Source: Trichoplax sp. H2
Taxonomy: Eukaryota
Length of the DNA stretch: 64,000 nt
Direction: 5' to 3'
Assembly (NCBI GenBank): GCA_003344405.1
Contig: NOWV01000019.1
Location: 248,001-312,000, forward strand
In this document: positions 12,201 through 32,341 of the stretch, piece by piece
How positions within the stretch are numbered: the stretch's first letter is position 1
How the letters are laid out: each line of letters begins with the position of its first letter
Position numbers and translations under genes: made by a program
The notes under the pieces: model-generated
The model's input: only the letters and a program-made list of their open reading frames with translations
Database searches by the model: none
Told to the model about the DNA's origin: nothing

Positions 12201-12590
12201 TTCAGCTGTCCTTCAACCGAAATTCGATTGCCTATCACCACCTTCTACACTTTTAATAAGCGCTTGTACAAACAGGAAGGTAGAAAAAGCTGCGGGCTGC
12301 TGTTGACCAAGACGACCACTTCTATCTTCCCTGATGAAGTGGACGTGTCCAATGTCCAACGTCCATAGTACAGTACTTTACTGTACAGTGTACAGTACAC
12401 AGTACACTGGCGTGTGAGCTACCGCATTTTGCTTAATCATACTGTAAGACAAACAGTACGCGTACAACGATACACAGTACAGTCCAAGTCTGCATTTTAA
12501 ATTTTCACTTACGTCATTCTACAGTCAGATTCAAGGCAGCCGGGTCACTCTGGTAGGGCTTGGTACTGTAACAAATTTGAGCGTAGAGGA

Positions 12591-12686
12591 TTGACAGCGT
12601 TTCTATGCGTTTCTATACAGTTTTATATGGGAATGATTGACAGCGTTTCTATGCGTTTGTAGAGAGTTTTGTATGGGAATGATTGC
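12591..12686. repeat. 46-bp tandem duplication upstream of ATE1
   Basis: TTGACAGCGTTTCTATGCGTTT.TA.A.AGTTTT.TATGGGAATGA at 12591 and 12637. Confidence 0.9.
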
Positions 12687-12941
12687 TCATCATTGGGCAC
12701 TCCACAATATCATACGCAACTGTACTCAGTGTACTACCGTACTTTGCACTGCAAACTACGATACAATGTCCTGTACTTGCATGGGTATATGGACATTGTC
12801 TGGCAGCTCCTTAAACCGGTAGTAGAATTCCTTCAGACCATAAGAATCTTACCACTAGGGTTGTGAAAAAAATTGTTTTTACTGTTCGTTGTCTCAATTT
12901 GAAAAGAACTTGAGCAGCCTCGACGAGTCAAGATTATCGCC

Positions 12942-18386
<5,445 letters not shown>

Positions 18387-20731
18387 CGTTAGGTCAACTC
18401 GAATATGATACTGCTCTTTGTGATGTCCGAAATACCAAATGTCAACTGTCCATTATTATTATAAAGTTATTGAACTGCTTCTTTTATCATTGGAAATAAT
18501 TTCCTAATTCTGTATTGTACATAAAGAGTGAGGATGTAGTCATGCATAATTAGGTAGTGGGTACCAATACTAACGTACATCTGTGTGTGAAGTACACGAT
18601 ATTTGTAAAAAATATTTATCTATCACTCTGTTGTAGTATTTACTAAAATTTTTTATGTTACTTTTGTTTGCATGGCATTTGGAATTGGGTGATAAAGCGC
18701 CTTATGTAGATAAAGTGTATTAAGCACACATAATATAATTGTGCTGTATTTTTCAAATTTTATTATTGGCGACGTTTACACGGCATCAATCTCATTTAGA
18801 ATGGTCTGGATTGTGTATAATTTTATCTCTTGACTGTTGTTTCAACGACAGGTTACTGGATAAATCTCAAAAAACTGTTAATTATATAATTTGGATGAAT
18901 TTTCTGTTTGTATGAGGCCGAGACTAGTGTATTTTTAAAGTACATGTATTTGTTCACGGTTTATAATTCCCCGATCTGGATGCTTTTATTTATAACTACT
19001 TTAACAATAAAATCTTAAAATCTTCTTTATATAATTTACCCTTATTTTATTAATTATATGTTGTGCAAAATTTATAACTACATGTTTCCGGATGAAGGCA
19101 TATGTTTTAACAAGATAAGCAGAAGTAGCGGTTTAGATGTACACAATTCTTATAGCATGAAGAATTGATAGGTAGAAATGAATATTTGCTACGTTGAAGT
19201 CCACCTATTCTGAAATAGTAGGGCAAGAAAGCTCTCGTGCAGTTCTCGCATGCAGAAAATTAGGAATAAAGCAGCCAACGAATGAAATTCTTCGTATTTA
19301 CCATGTAAATTTGATACTAACCACAAACGACTCTAATACTGTACTTTACTGCAGATGTATCATCGTAATATCCAGACTTAGTTGTGAATTCGGAATGATA
19401 ATTAAAATGAAGTTACTATAGTGCAAATATTATATCGAACTAATCAATCCATTGACAAAACGGCTAAAACTGTAGATCTATTGTAATTGATATTGTACTA
19501 GTTACAGTAATAATGCATATTAGATAGAGCTCTTTTCAATTCAGGTCAATCTTCAGTATTCAGTTATCTGTCTTTCAGTTGACAAAATCTACAGTCTCAT
19601 ATCGATGTGAAGTTATATGATAGATATTATCTGTCATTATTGAAGAACCGTATTAAGAAATAAACTTAAGTTATATCTATCACAAACTTTGCATTCAGGT
19701 AAAGGTAGTTCACCATTATAGGATTAAATGTAGAATGCTGTACAATAATCGGAGTACCTCATGAACTTTAGCAAGCTCAGTTGTATACGCATAAATTTTT
19801 TAGTCGTAACATTAAAGTTAACCCTTTCGTAGTGAGTTAAGTTAGCAGGTTCATTAAATACGAAATCGTTAGAGACTAGTATAAAATTTGCAACTAAAAT
19901 CTAAAATTGCTACAATTATATTTACATGACACATTCTGATTTCTAAATTGCGAAAAGATTTCATCTATAACTAAAATGATGACCTAAAAACTCTTTGATT
20001 TGGGGGTACAGATTAAATTTATGACATAGCTTGTTTGTATTTGATGTACACAACATCTGCCCCATTTATAGATTTACTGCACCAATGAAAAAGAAATATC
20101 AGCTTCTAGTTACCTAGTAGTGACCAGGTCAACTAAGCGTAACATTGAGCATATAGGTATTCAACTATGTGAAAATCTTAACACTTGAAATTGCTGATAT
20201 ACTTTTTTAATTAGAGGTGTCATCAAGTGGCCACCGATCGAGGGTACATAAATATATAATGCATATCTTTCAAAAAAAGAATTCCCTATTCGTGTCAAGT
20301 GATAAGAAAAATAATAGCAAAAGTAGCAACTTCAGCGTATCGACAAGAAAATTGCGTTCTAGAGGTATACAATCAAATCATCTAATTTTTAATTACGTAC
20401 TGTAGTTTCAATTTAATAGCTTTAATCGCAGTCATTACATTAATCTTAATAAAAATTAAATGCAAAAAAATAGAATTTTCGTTTACTAACGAAAAATAAC
20501 ACTGTAACAGATTGCCATGATTTATTTCAGTTCGAATAGTTATAGAACATTTCATACGAATTGTTGAATTAGTGTATATTGAAACTGCATAATATCTTAC
20601 ATGTATTCTTTTGCTTCCCATGACCAGTTTTTGTACATGAAATTATGACAAATTGACTAAATAGCTTTAAACATTTAACGATATGACATAACATTTACTA
20701 CATCCAATTTCGGTAATGTTACAGAAAACTA

Positions 20732-23700
20732 CTATAGCTCTTCTGATTTGATCTGAAAATAACAAGCCTGTGCAAGTAATAATTAAGCAATAGAAAGTTA
20801 CATAGTTATCGAATAGCATTGCAATCTAGTAGCCCTATCTGAATAAGCATGTCTACGGTACTTGCTAAATAAATAATTAATGGCATCTTACAAATATGTA
20901 ATCACAAAATTACCTGTAATGTTGTAAACATCATATCTAGCTCCCCTAGTAGAACACTATCGTCAACCATATTTTGTATAAATAATATTTCTGATCCTAA
21001 CTGGCTTATTCTTTGACGAAATGATGTAAAACATAAACAGAAAGACTTATGAAATATATACAAGCCCTATCGATGTAAATTGCCTGAAAGGTCTTTAATA
21101 ACCTCGGTATTTAATATATAATCGTTTAAACTACTGGCTTACTCTGCCCTTACAACCACGAAATGAAATACCGGTAAAATATCATCCATTGCTTTTAAGG
21201 TTCCAGAATCATTCCAGAAAGTATCTACTGCCTACAGTCATCACAATAAATCAAGAAATCAATTACAGCTGTAGCATTAAAAGTTGTACATATCTGTTAA
21301 ATTAAAAAAATGCATCTTGTAACAAACATGGCCTACCTTAAATATTTCCGAAAAGCAGTCCTTAACGACTAGAAGCTTCTGCATTGGGCTAAATTTGGTA
21401 CTATTGCATAATAGTAAAACAGTAAGGGGCAATTTTAATTTTTATAGGGTATTGTGCTATCACTGCGATTATGATAATATTCCAGACATATTTTTACAGA
21501 AACTTCGAAACCATAGAGGACAAGTTGCAATAACTCCAACGTATAATAGTACCTAATTTGTTGCAAAGTAGAGATAGCATCTGTGTAATGTAGACAATTT
21601 TCGCATTCGTTTGGTTCTCCGTTCTCATCCTTTTCAGGAATTAACCTGAACTTTCTACGTTTAAATAAAACGTTAAATAGATCGTATTTTTTAGTGTGCA
21701 AAATGTGCATAACAATACTATACCTACTAGCAGCAAAAGATTCAATCAAGGTTTACTAACTTGTTTATTCCTAGCTTTCGCATTAAAATCAGGTCGGTGT
21801 ACTTTGCCAGTCGTCGTAACTTTCTTTTATAAGATTCTTCCTCTGTCTCATTGTTTAAAGCATACAAAGTGAACAAGGGAGGGTATATTCGGGGTAAAAT
21901 TAATGGATGCAATAGGCTAATACTGCTGACAGTTTCTTGTGCTTCTAAAAGTTGTGGGTCATCGTCGGAATTTGACACTGCTAACTCACCATCAACAGGT
22001 AGATCTGGAAATAGTATCCTGGATTATCAAAGAAATGAGTCATTTAATCAATCTATTGTTCTTATCGCCTTACGGCTATAAATAATACCTTAAACTCTCG
22101 TACAATCTCCTAATCATTGATTTAGCTTCACCAATAGCATGGGGTAATAATAAACGATGATTAGCAGCAATCCCTAAGTAGCTGTATCGGAAAGCTTCAA
22201 CTAAAGAGTCAACAAGCCTTCCCAGTGGATGAGTACCATCATCGAAGGCCTGTAATTGCATAAAAATTAAATGATTTAATTCTAGTTACAAGTACTCAGA
22301 AATGGTGCTTCAGTCAAATACTTTGCATTTGAAATACTTTAGTAATTACAAGATAGTTGCATAAACTTATACCATGTATAAGTAAGTACCTTTGATAAAT
22401 AATGCATTAAAGCCTGCAAGTCTGTTCCTTTTATATCTGGTGCAACTGTTAAATCAACATCAGAGTCTAAAATATCACTTCCAATGCTTTGAGATGATCG
22501 CGAAATTGGAAGTGCTGGTACTGCAGCTGGCTTATTCTTTAATTTCTCCATTCCGTCAGTAATGTTTTGCCAGGCACTTTTTGAATCGATTTTACCTCGA
22601 TGAGCACCAATTACCAAACGAAACTGTAAAAATAATGATTCCCACTTCTTATCAGGATTAACGGCGTAATTATTTTCTTCGGATGATAATTCAGAAGGGC
22701 TAATACAGTAGTGCATATAAACAAATAAGGTGTGTTATAATTGCAGATCTATTTTTTAAGTTTTAAGTGTTCCATTATATATACATAACTTATGTATTTT
22801 TATTGCAGTATCGACAAATCGTATATGAATCTAACAATAAGCCTTACCTCGGAAGCATATCATAAAATGATCTCTCGCTATCGAGATCAGACATATTTTG
22901 CTTGTAGAAGGATCCATTAATTTTAATGCTATTGCCCCATTTTCCGTTGAAAGATCCTTCAATGTAATTTCCATTGGGAAGTGTTAAAACACCCTAAAAG
23001 GACACATCAGAAAGAACAATCAATATAAGTACAGAAGCCAAAGAATAAAGATTGATAAATCAATAAATAACATTAAAGATCTTGGTTTAGAATGTAATCA
23101 TCAAAATCAGCTGTGTTACAGCTACCTTTCCACTCAATATAGCATCAGATGAAAATTCACCAACAAATTTAGTTTTATCATCAGTCAATAGAATTCCGTT
23201 ACCCTATAAAAGTTAGAACGTTATTAAGTTTAGAACAATAGTCCTATAAAGGTAGGTTTATCGGCAAGCTCCACCTAACAACTCACAACGAGTCGATCAT
23301 TGCTGAAAGAACCTGCGAGAAATATACCATCCAATGTTATTACAACACCTTCACCATGGCGAGTATCATTTGACCAAATGCCCATATATCTTTTACCCCT
23401 ATACACGTAATTCACAGGATTCGGATCTTTAAAGCTATGCAAAATATCATGCAATATATGATGTTGTACTGACTTGTGGTCATAGATTCCATATCCAGCT
23501 TTATTATCGCAAAGCCATTCACCAATGTAAAAACTACTATTTACGTTGGTAACAGTTCCTTGCTTCATAATGCCATGTCCATGTCGCATATCTTGATACC
23601 AGAAGCCATTGTATTCATCACCATTGGCGTATCTAATTTCGTATTAAGTAGAAATTTACGTTTATAATACGAACATAAAGGAGTTCTAAAAGTGCTTGCT

Positions 23701-26700
23701 TACTTCATTGTTCCATATCCGTATTTTCTTCCGGTTCGCCACTCACCAACGAAAACATCATTTTGGTTATGATTAGATAGCGTGGTATACTGTCCAAGTC
23801 TATCCAATTTTTAATTGGTTACAAATTATATAATTTATCTTATCAGCATAAGCTACTAGTTATTTATAAAAATATTTGATAGAAGCAACTGCCATAAATT
23901 GATGATCAGTGTTACACATTACCCATGAAATAAATTCTTTTTGAACTGTCCTATGTAAACACTACCATCATTCCATTTCATTTCACCACTATCATGGAAC
24001 AGAAAATAGAACAGTGAACTAAAGTTATGCTAAACGATATAATTTATGACAAAACTTAGATAAATTTATACACTTACTGTCCATGCAATTTTCCAGCAAA
24101 CCACCAACCTAAGTACTTTGCATCTTTATAATCTCCTGAATTAAACAAGTATTCAGCGTACCGATACTGAGGCAAAAGACTACCACTCTGTTGCTTTTTT
24201 TGTATTCTGGCGAAAAATATTATAAAGTAATACGTTAACGAACACACCCCACAAGAAAGTACTGATTTAATTGAGATTCCTACTTTGCGTATGGGCTGGA
24301 GGCGATACTGCTAAGTACTGCCTGCTTGATATTTCTTAACCATTCTGACTAGTAATCGTTTGTATCAGGAGGTAGAAACGTGAGATTTATACGCAAATCA
24401 AAGATTACATTGTTTAAATTCATTTCAAGAATTATGGATACTTAATGATAATATAATATACAAATACTCCAGTTTACCTTAGCTATGGATGATGATGCAC
24501 TCAGTTCCAGTGTTTCTTCAGGTGTTATCAGTGTGAAGATATTGCTGCTGCTGTTATAGACAATTGTGAATGGCATACGTTTAATTTCGATTTTATAGTT
24601 GTAACGAAACACTAAAAATGACTATCCAAAGTAATTCTTACTTAGCAGAGTTTGTATCTTCATCAGGATCGATCCAAAGCGTTGTTAAAGGGCATATGAA
24701 GCAGCTATTGGTCTAAGTTTTGTTAGTCGGTTAAAACTTAATACAATATCGGTATTAAATATTTCTTCCGACAACTGATATAAATTATCACTCACGTGGT
24801 GTCGTACAAAGACTCTATTAAAGAGAATAAAGTTATAATTTGTAAATCGTCCGGACTTAGAATATTGCAAAGGATTCTTTTTTGACGTGCTAAGAATTAG
24901 TCGAAGTTGTGGAATGCAAAGATGCTCCTAGAATTCAAAATCGTCATTAGTACAGAAAAAATTTCGTTAGCCACTACGACGAGATTTTAAAATTACATGA
25001 TACCCTTAGCTTTGGACTACACTCTCTCCAGAATTGTTTAGTTATTTCAGCTCTAGGGTATTCATCATGTAATGAATTAGATAACGATTGCCAACGTGAA
25101 GATAAGTTTCTAACAAGTTTAAGCATTTTCTTGGTCTACCATATTAAGCAAACAGAATTTTATCAATAACATACAATTCATTTTATGCTTGTACAAGTTG
25201 TATTTTAAATCGTTAAGAAATACTACATTAAGAATTGGTTATGACAAGTAATTAAGGGCTTAAAATTGTAACTTACAAAGTCGGAACTAGGAATAGTACT
25301 GAATTTTTGAATCAAGCCACTCAGAACCGCTATAACATACTTTAAGCGATTTAAGGGTAAATAAAGGAATTGCTCTAAAAGCGTTTCGTGTGATTTCGCA
25401 GTCTGAATTGAGTAAAAATTGATAAATATATGTAAATTTTATCCAGCTACGAAGTATAGTAGAATGTAAAACAACCATACTTCCTTGGAACCACCGGAAC
25501 GTGTATTTGGCGCATTTTTGGATTTTGGGGATAGGCTATATGAAAACATAGACATAGAGGAATCATTTTTATTAAAAGATTGTTGTAGATATTTTATGAG
25601 TAGAAAGGCCGAAATTAAAGCATGACAACTTCTGATTAAGAAATGAAAAGGTTCTACGCATCATAACTTTCGAATTTATCCTATATTAATTAGTTATATA
25701 AGCTAATTATTACCATTATTAATTGAGGTTAGTTACCTGCTGCCGAATAATGATTTAGGCATGTACTCAGACACGAAAGATTTTAATGAAGTGGAAAGTT
25801 CAGAGAGCGGCAATGTTTTGTAATAGTTATTGATGATTTTCCATAATTCACTACTTGCTGCTAGACTTATCTCGTTGGATTGCCTTCGAAGCAACAAAAA
25901 TTTATTAGTTCAAGATTTTTAGTACATTAACGCGATTCCTTGGAAAAGAAGGGATTTTTCCTTATACCTGTAATGCCAACTACTAAATAAATCTTTTACA
26001 TAATCGGATTACATAATAATTAATAACATTAAGTTAATATAAAATGTAGTACTCGTTATAATGATTAGTGTGATTCGTATAGCGCCTGCAAAATTATATA
26101 TTGAACTGAATTTAATTATTTTCTGTGTATTTGCAACAGTGTAGTATCGTTAAAGAATCATCATCATACCATGCTGAGTTTGCACATCGGGTTATAATAT
26201 CAACAGAGACAGCATCAAGAAATATCGTGGCATATCTAAGCAAATGTAGAGTGGTTTCTTAATCAATTACTGTACGATTTTTAAGTAGGCTAGGTTACAC
26301 AAGAATAGCTCACCTAATATAGATACTTAACAGTGAATTCCGCTCAAGAAATTTTAAATCTAAATTTAAATATTCCTGAGTAATTATAACTTTTTCTAAG
26401 TCATCACTAAATTCATCTATATGCGTCATCAAAATTTCAAAAGTTTCAAAGAGTTTTCTAAGGCAATTTCCACCAATAACACCCCTAATATTTTTCCAGT
26501 ACTCTACGTCGTATTGAACAATGAAAATTACTCTAAGAAATACATAAGTCTCATCAATGTTATATGTAAGCCAAAAGTTTTTAGTTGGTAACACTTTATA
26601 TCAGTATCGATACACTCAATATGCTATATAAAATCAGAAAATAATTACCGGTTTGCTTTATCGGTGATAGTATACTCTTTTTAGCTGTAGTAATCTGACA

Positions 26701-29676
26701 GTATAAAATTCTATCTTGAATCAATAATTCATGTAAGATTTTTCGGATATCATCGTTTTCATTTCTATGAGATATTTTAAGATATTTAAATTGTAAGATT
26801 TTTAAGATACAAATATTGACCTTGAACGAAAACATTTTCAATAAGTGCCTTAACAATCGGAACATTTCTGTTATCGATAATTATTTACAATTTTTTAAGT
26901 GATTTACCTTGCAGACACAAAACAGCTTTGACCATAATTACTAGCAATGGCGCATATATAATCCTATACAATTCAATTTTTTGAGATAAATCTTTAAAGT
27001 ACTTTGTAATAACATCTTATTCAGTCTAACCTCTTTTGGAACTGTAATATTAGCATAGGTGGTTTTCTTATCCCTAAAATTGACATCAACTTAAAACGTT
27101 AGTTGGAAGAGTCATTAATCTTGTACAGCTATCACTCATGCTGCTTCTATCTGCTGTCGCTACAAACTAATTGACTTGAGGTTTCTTCGATAAATGCAAA
27201 TTACGGTACAGTAGGTTGATTGATATAATTACACCTGCTATGATATCGTTGCTATGCCCTCAATTATTAGTATATACAGTTATACGTACGTTACAATATT
27301 ACCAATACGATAGATTTGATTTTGCTGATTAGCTGCAAATGTTAACAGGGATGTATTATCTTCTCCAGTTGCAACACCTGAAACTCTTTGATCGACTCCA
27401 ATCGAAAGCTAAAGGTGGCAGAAAGTCAAACATTACAGTTATAAAATTATGTTTCTACGCTTATTACTTCTAACTACGATCTTCATTCCGGCGAAGAATG
27501 TTGCTTTCAATGAACAATACAGTGAGATAAGTCGTACTCATGCAATTTTATCACGTCTAAAGTTTATACCTCAACTTGTCGAGGTATCAGTGATATTTCG
27601 CCAGAAACTCCTAACTGTCCATTTGAATTTCGTCCCCAAGCATAGAGCTAGAAGGAAAAGAATATAAAACATAGGTTCTTATTTCAACGTATAAGACTCG
27701 ACAACTGTAAATGATCAGTTCAGATCAGACTACGAATTCTAGATAAATAATTAGTCCATATTAATGGACATGTACAATTAATAATTGTCAACAGTAAGTG
27801 TTTGACTACTATTGCGATAGCCTTTTGATATTCACAACCTGGCAATCGCTAGTAAATGCAATAGAATGGTAACCACCAGCGGAAACTTGTTTGATAGCCA
27901 ATCCTTTCATAGATTCAATACAGCAAGGAATGTGTCTGTTGGAGGTGATAACAATGTTATGATAATTGTGAAGCTAGCATCAATCCATCCATTTAAATAA
28001 GTATATATTAGACATGTCTGTTGAATAGATATCACTATTGGGTAACGCCTGATGATGATGATGGATTAATGACGTGATAGTAATGATATAGCATAAACGA
28101 TGACTTTATATACGACCAGCAAGTCCTAGAGAGCTGCATGAAATTGTCATGATAACAAATAATAAATGATAAAAATTATAAATAACTGAGTAGTAGAAGC
28201 TCTTTTACGGTTACGAAATGCCACGATGTGATTGCTGGTCAATAAAATGCCTAAAGTGTATTAATTTATTTTTCAATTTACTACCACTATTATCATGGTT
28301 GATGTAGAGTATTAGTATCGACGCATCTGTTGACGGTGGTAATTACTGTAATTGGTTAATTACCACCTAATGAGATGTCTATAGCACAATAACTGAAGTA
28401 ATAGAATTACATAAGGTTTAAAATACTGTATGCTAGAAAATGGGTCATTTTCATTTCTACACTTCATGCAAGTCTACATGATAGGAATCAACATTGATTA
28501 CCTTAACATTACAGAATCCGTCATAAAATTACATCATGGGATGTCAATATTACATTATCCTTTCAATTTACTGATTTCTGAATACCTTGCTGTTTTATCG
28601 CCAAGACCTAATTGGCCATAGTTATTATTACCCCAAGTCCAAACTTGTGTAATTTGCTGGCTATAGGTAAAGGTAGAAGATCGTGGTTTAGGCGAAATCA
28701 GAATAAAATCTTCATTGGCGTCTGTACTGTCACTGTTCTCATTTAATGGTGTCAAGGTATAATCGACTGAATAAGTATCAGGTGGTGTTATGAAAGCAGG
28801 AAATGGATTAATATTACTACTGGATCCACTTCGAGAGGTTTTCCTTTTGCTTTCGATTGGAGTTGTATTTCGCGTTGCATTGAAGGTGGAATCGACTTTA
28901 TTATTCTTTCGATTAGGAGGGGTGATCTTGGAAGGAGTCACTGGTGGCGAATCGACATCATGGCGTCGATAGGATACAAGAATATTATGAAATAACCCAC
29001 AATCAACTTGAGTGACAAATTCATCGCTTAATTCATTAACACATAACGGCTTGGCATTGGTACTAGCGTCGTCATCGGCAAGACCATAATCACATCCTTG
29101 GCCCCATGTCCAGCATTGGCCATTGGAAGAAACGGTAATCGTATGCGCTTTGCCACAAGCAACTTGAACTAATTCAATACGTGACGGATGATCACCACCA
29201 CAACTGCATATCTGCAAATCCGAAGGAGAACAAACTGAAACTTGAACAGGTGCTTGATAGAATAAATCATCTCCCACACCACATTGACCTTGTGCATTAT
29301 CGCCCCAACTATACAACTGGCCGCCATCATTGATACAACAACTATGTTGACTGCCAGCAGCGATGAAGGTTACGTGCATTTGTCGAAAAAGAGGCAATAA
29401 AGTAAAGCATTTTCTATCGCTTAAATCATCCAAACCTAATTGACCATAATTATTATTACCAAGAGCGAAAATTTGACCATCATTGGTCAACATTAGCGTA
29501 TGCTTTTGGCCTAAACTAATTCTTTCAATTCGCCTTGAAGAACGGAAAGAGGCAACCAGTCGAGGCGATGGTAGTCTTGGCCAATGATCCCATCGATACA
29601 CTTTCATTTCATCGTTTTGTTCGCCTTCCTCGTAGACTTGATAGCATTCTTCTTGTTCACTATCATTCCCTTCCAT
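20732..29676 (-). CDS. ALS2: Alsin (RCC1 repeats, DH/PH, MORN repeats, VPS9 domain), multi-exon
   Basis: RCC1 repeats in 29676-28586 (ISLGQKHTL, GNNNYGQLG, VACGKAHT, VWTWGNNNYGQLG). MORN repeats at about 22850-24200 (RHGHGIM, YIGEW, YMGIWSNDTRHGEG). HPLGRLVDSLVEAFRYSYLGIAANHRLLLPHAI, LILPRIYPPLFTLYAL, VPS9 MDDILPVFHFVVVRA, and C-terminus ACYFQIKSEEL* at 20732. Upstream exons cannot be excluded. Confidence 0.95.
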
Positions 29677-29980
29677 CCCTTCAATCTTTTTTTCTCAAAG
29701 CTCACCCAATTTTACGCCAACATGATAGTAGAAAAAGCAAAATAACAACTCTGTGAAAAATTTCACTGGTCCGCCATAAAAGTCCAATGGTAGAATGAAA
29801 TCAACAAGGCCAAGGGCAACACTTAGCCTATGGGGCCTGGTGATGGTGTTCGATATAACCGGGTGTTGAATACTTTCCTATACTGTAGACTAGTGGGCTG
29901 GATGGCCTGGGCTATGGCAAAGCCGGTAGCGTCCAATATAGTGTATCGTACTGGTATGCTAGTATAGTGTATCAGTATAG

Positions 29981-30872
29981 GATAGCTGTCTAAAGTGGGC
30001 TTTTGTAATGGACTATTCTACCTAGACCCTGGAGGGGAAATTGGCTCCAGCTGACGAAAGCCCTGCTGGCGCTGTTCTAGCTGCAACATTTCCTTGCAAG
30101 TGGCCAAGAATCGCCGGTTTTACGTCTTCGATCGATCATCTAGGTATGGAAACTGTTGATTTTATGACTTCTATGTATGTTATTCCATAGTCTACAGTAC
30201 TGTTTAGGATAGCAGTCTAAAGAAGGGTTTTGCAATGGACTATTCTACCTAGACCTTGGAGGGGAAATTGGCTCCAGCTGACAAAGCCTGCTGGTGCAGT
30301 TCTAGCTGCAACGTTTCCTTGTAAGTGGCCAAGAATCGCCGGTTTTGCGTCTTCGATCGATCATCTAGGTATGGAAACTGTTGATTTTATGACTTCTATG
30401 TATGTTATTCCATAGTCTACAGTACTGTTTAGGATAGCAGTCTAAAGAAGGGTTTTGTAATGGACTATTCTACCTAGACCCTGGAGAGGGGAATTGGCTC
30501 CAGCTGACGAAAGCCCCGCTGGTGCAGTTCTAGCTGCAACATTTCCTTGCAAGTGGCCAAGAATCGCCGGTTTTGCGTCTTCGATCGATCATCTAGGTAT
30601 GGAAACTGTTGATTTTATGACTTCTATGTATGTTATTCCATAGTCTACAGTACTGTTTAGGATAGCAGTCTAAAGAAGGGTTTTGCAATGGACTATTCTA
30701 CCTAGACCCTGGAGAGGGGAATTGGCTCCAGCTGACAAAGCCCCGCTGGCGCTGTTCTAGCTGCAACATTTCCTTGCAAGTGGCCAAGAATCACCGGTTT
30801 TGCGTCTTTGATCGATCATCTAAGTATGGAAACTGTTGATTTTATGACTTCAATGTATGTTATTCCATAGTC
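29981..30872. repeat. Tandem repeat, about 227-bp unit, about 4 near-identical copies
   Basis: Units starting GATAGC.GTCTAAAG at 29981, 30208, 30433 and 30661, each containing GGACTATTCTACCTAGACC and GTGGCCAAGAATC.CCGGTTT. Confidence 0.97.
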
Positions 30873-30924
30873 AATTCTGAAATAGTGTCGTGCACTTCAG
30901 GGTGAATAAGAAGTAACATGCAAA

Positions 30925-31600
30925 ACACTGCTATAAATCAATGAATTTGCATCATTGAATGAAGAGGAATAGCCATCAGCATAAACAAACATCATGCTAT
31001 GGATTTTCCCCTTCCATCAATCCGTTGTTGATGCAGGGACTTCTTAGAAAATGTTCTCTTACAAGTTCCTGTTGATGGCATGACTTGAAATGGGGATTTA
31101 TTCTACAGTCACTGCTGAAATGATGTCGAGAATTGGCATTGTATGCAGCAGTAGTATGCATGAATAGGTGACAAGAAAGCTTGCATATTTTCACTCGCTC
31201 TTGCGTTGTCCTGATGCATACCTTCACTTTTCGATCGGACTACTATAAGCCAATCAAATTCCATCACTCCATGGAGGGGAAATACAGTAAATACCATCGG
31301 CATAGAAAGCTTTCCAATGCAATTCGATAATGTTAAGCGTAGTGTTCTCTTCCATCAATTCTTCGTGTCGTTGATGTAGCGACTTGAAATGTGTGATAGC
31401 TAGTAATTATTAGCAATGCTGAAATGGTGTCGAAGATTGATATTGCAGTTCTTGCTGTATACTTGCATTTTTCAATCGGTCTACTGTAAATCAATGAAAT
31501 TCCATCATTCCATGAAGGGGAAATAGATACTATCAGCATAAAGAATGTTTTAATGCAACACGACATGATATTAATTTCCCCTTCAATAAATTCTTCGTGT
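30925..31600. repeat. Degenerate repeat, about 240-310-bp period, about 3 copies
   Basis: CTACT.TAA..CAAT.AAATTCCATCA.TCCATG.AGGGG at about 31240 and 31480, with a weaker copy at about 30927. CTTC.AT.AAT blocks at about 31010, 31348 and 31580. Confidence 0.7.
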
Positions 31601-32341
31601 TCTACACCAATTGCTCAGGCTTGGCACTTTCGGTATGGCTATTAATTTAAGTGAATTCAGTCAAACTGATCATTAGACGTGATAGGAAGGTTCTATTTGT
31701 GATGTATAAGCACCAATTTAATGAACTTGTTAAGCATCAAAGTACTATCCAACTCCACACGGAATCAAGAGTACATCTCTTATACATGCTATCTCTAAAT
31801 ACTGTACATGTTAGTCCATACTTAATACCAAGTTAGGTTACAGTGTTGTAGTTTAACATGATGGTAGCAATACGTATTAATTAGTTATGTATAATTACGC
31901 ACGTATATACGGATAAATATCCAATTAAGCACACCTTGACTATGCAACAAGACGTTAATTACTGATGCTGTATGTAGATTTTAATAACGTTATTCACTAC
32001 ACTACTGATACTATGTGATTAATTTTTGATATAGAGCATTACTCATTTAAGGTTGACTACTTGTACAAGCAGCAGTAAAGAAAGCCACTTCCAGGTATCG
32101 TGATTTCAAATGCAACGAAACTTGAAATGTTATTTTATTAAAATTCTACATTAATAAATCAATCGTGTCTTGTGCAATCCTTCAACCTTTGACCTTTTGT
32201 TGTTCTCTTAATTTAGTCAGATTGATTAGTAAACGTTTAGAAAAGGCTGAACAAGATCGCTCACTTAGGTGCTGAGGTCAAAGGCATAGAAGGAACCTGA
32301 CCAAATTTTTGCAAACAATTCTATCGGATGTTTTGGCAACC

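Noticed and set aside
30230-30415. 61-aa ORF inside the 227-bp repeat
   Set aside because: The frame is broken by indels in the other repeat copies.
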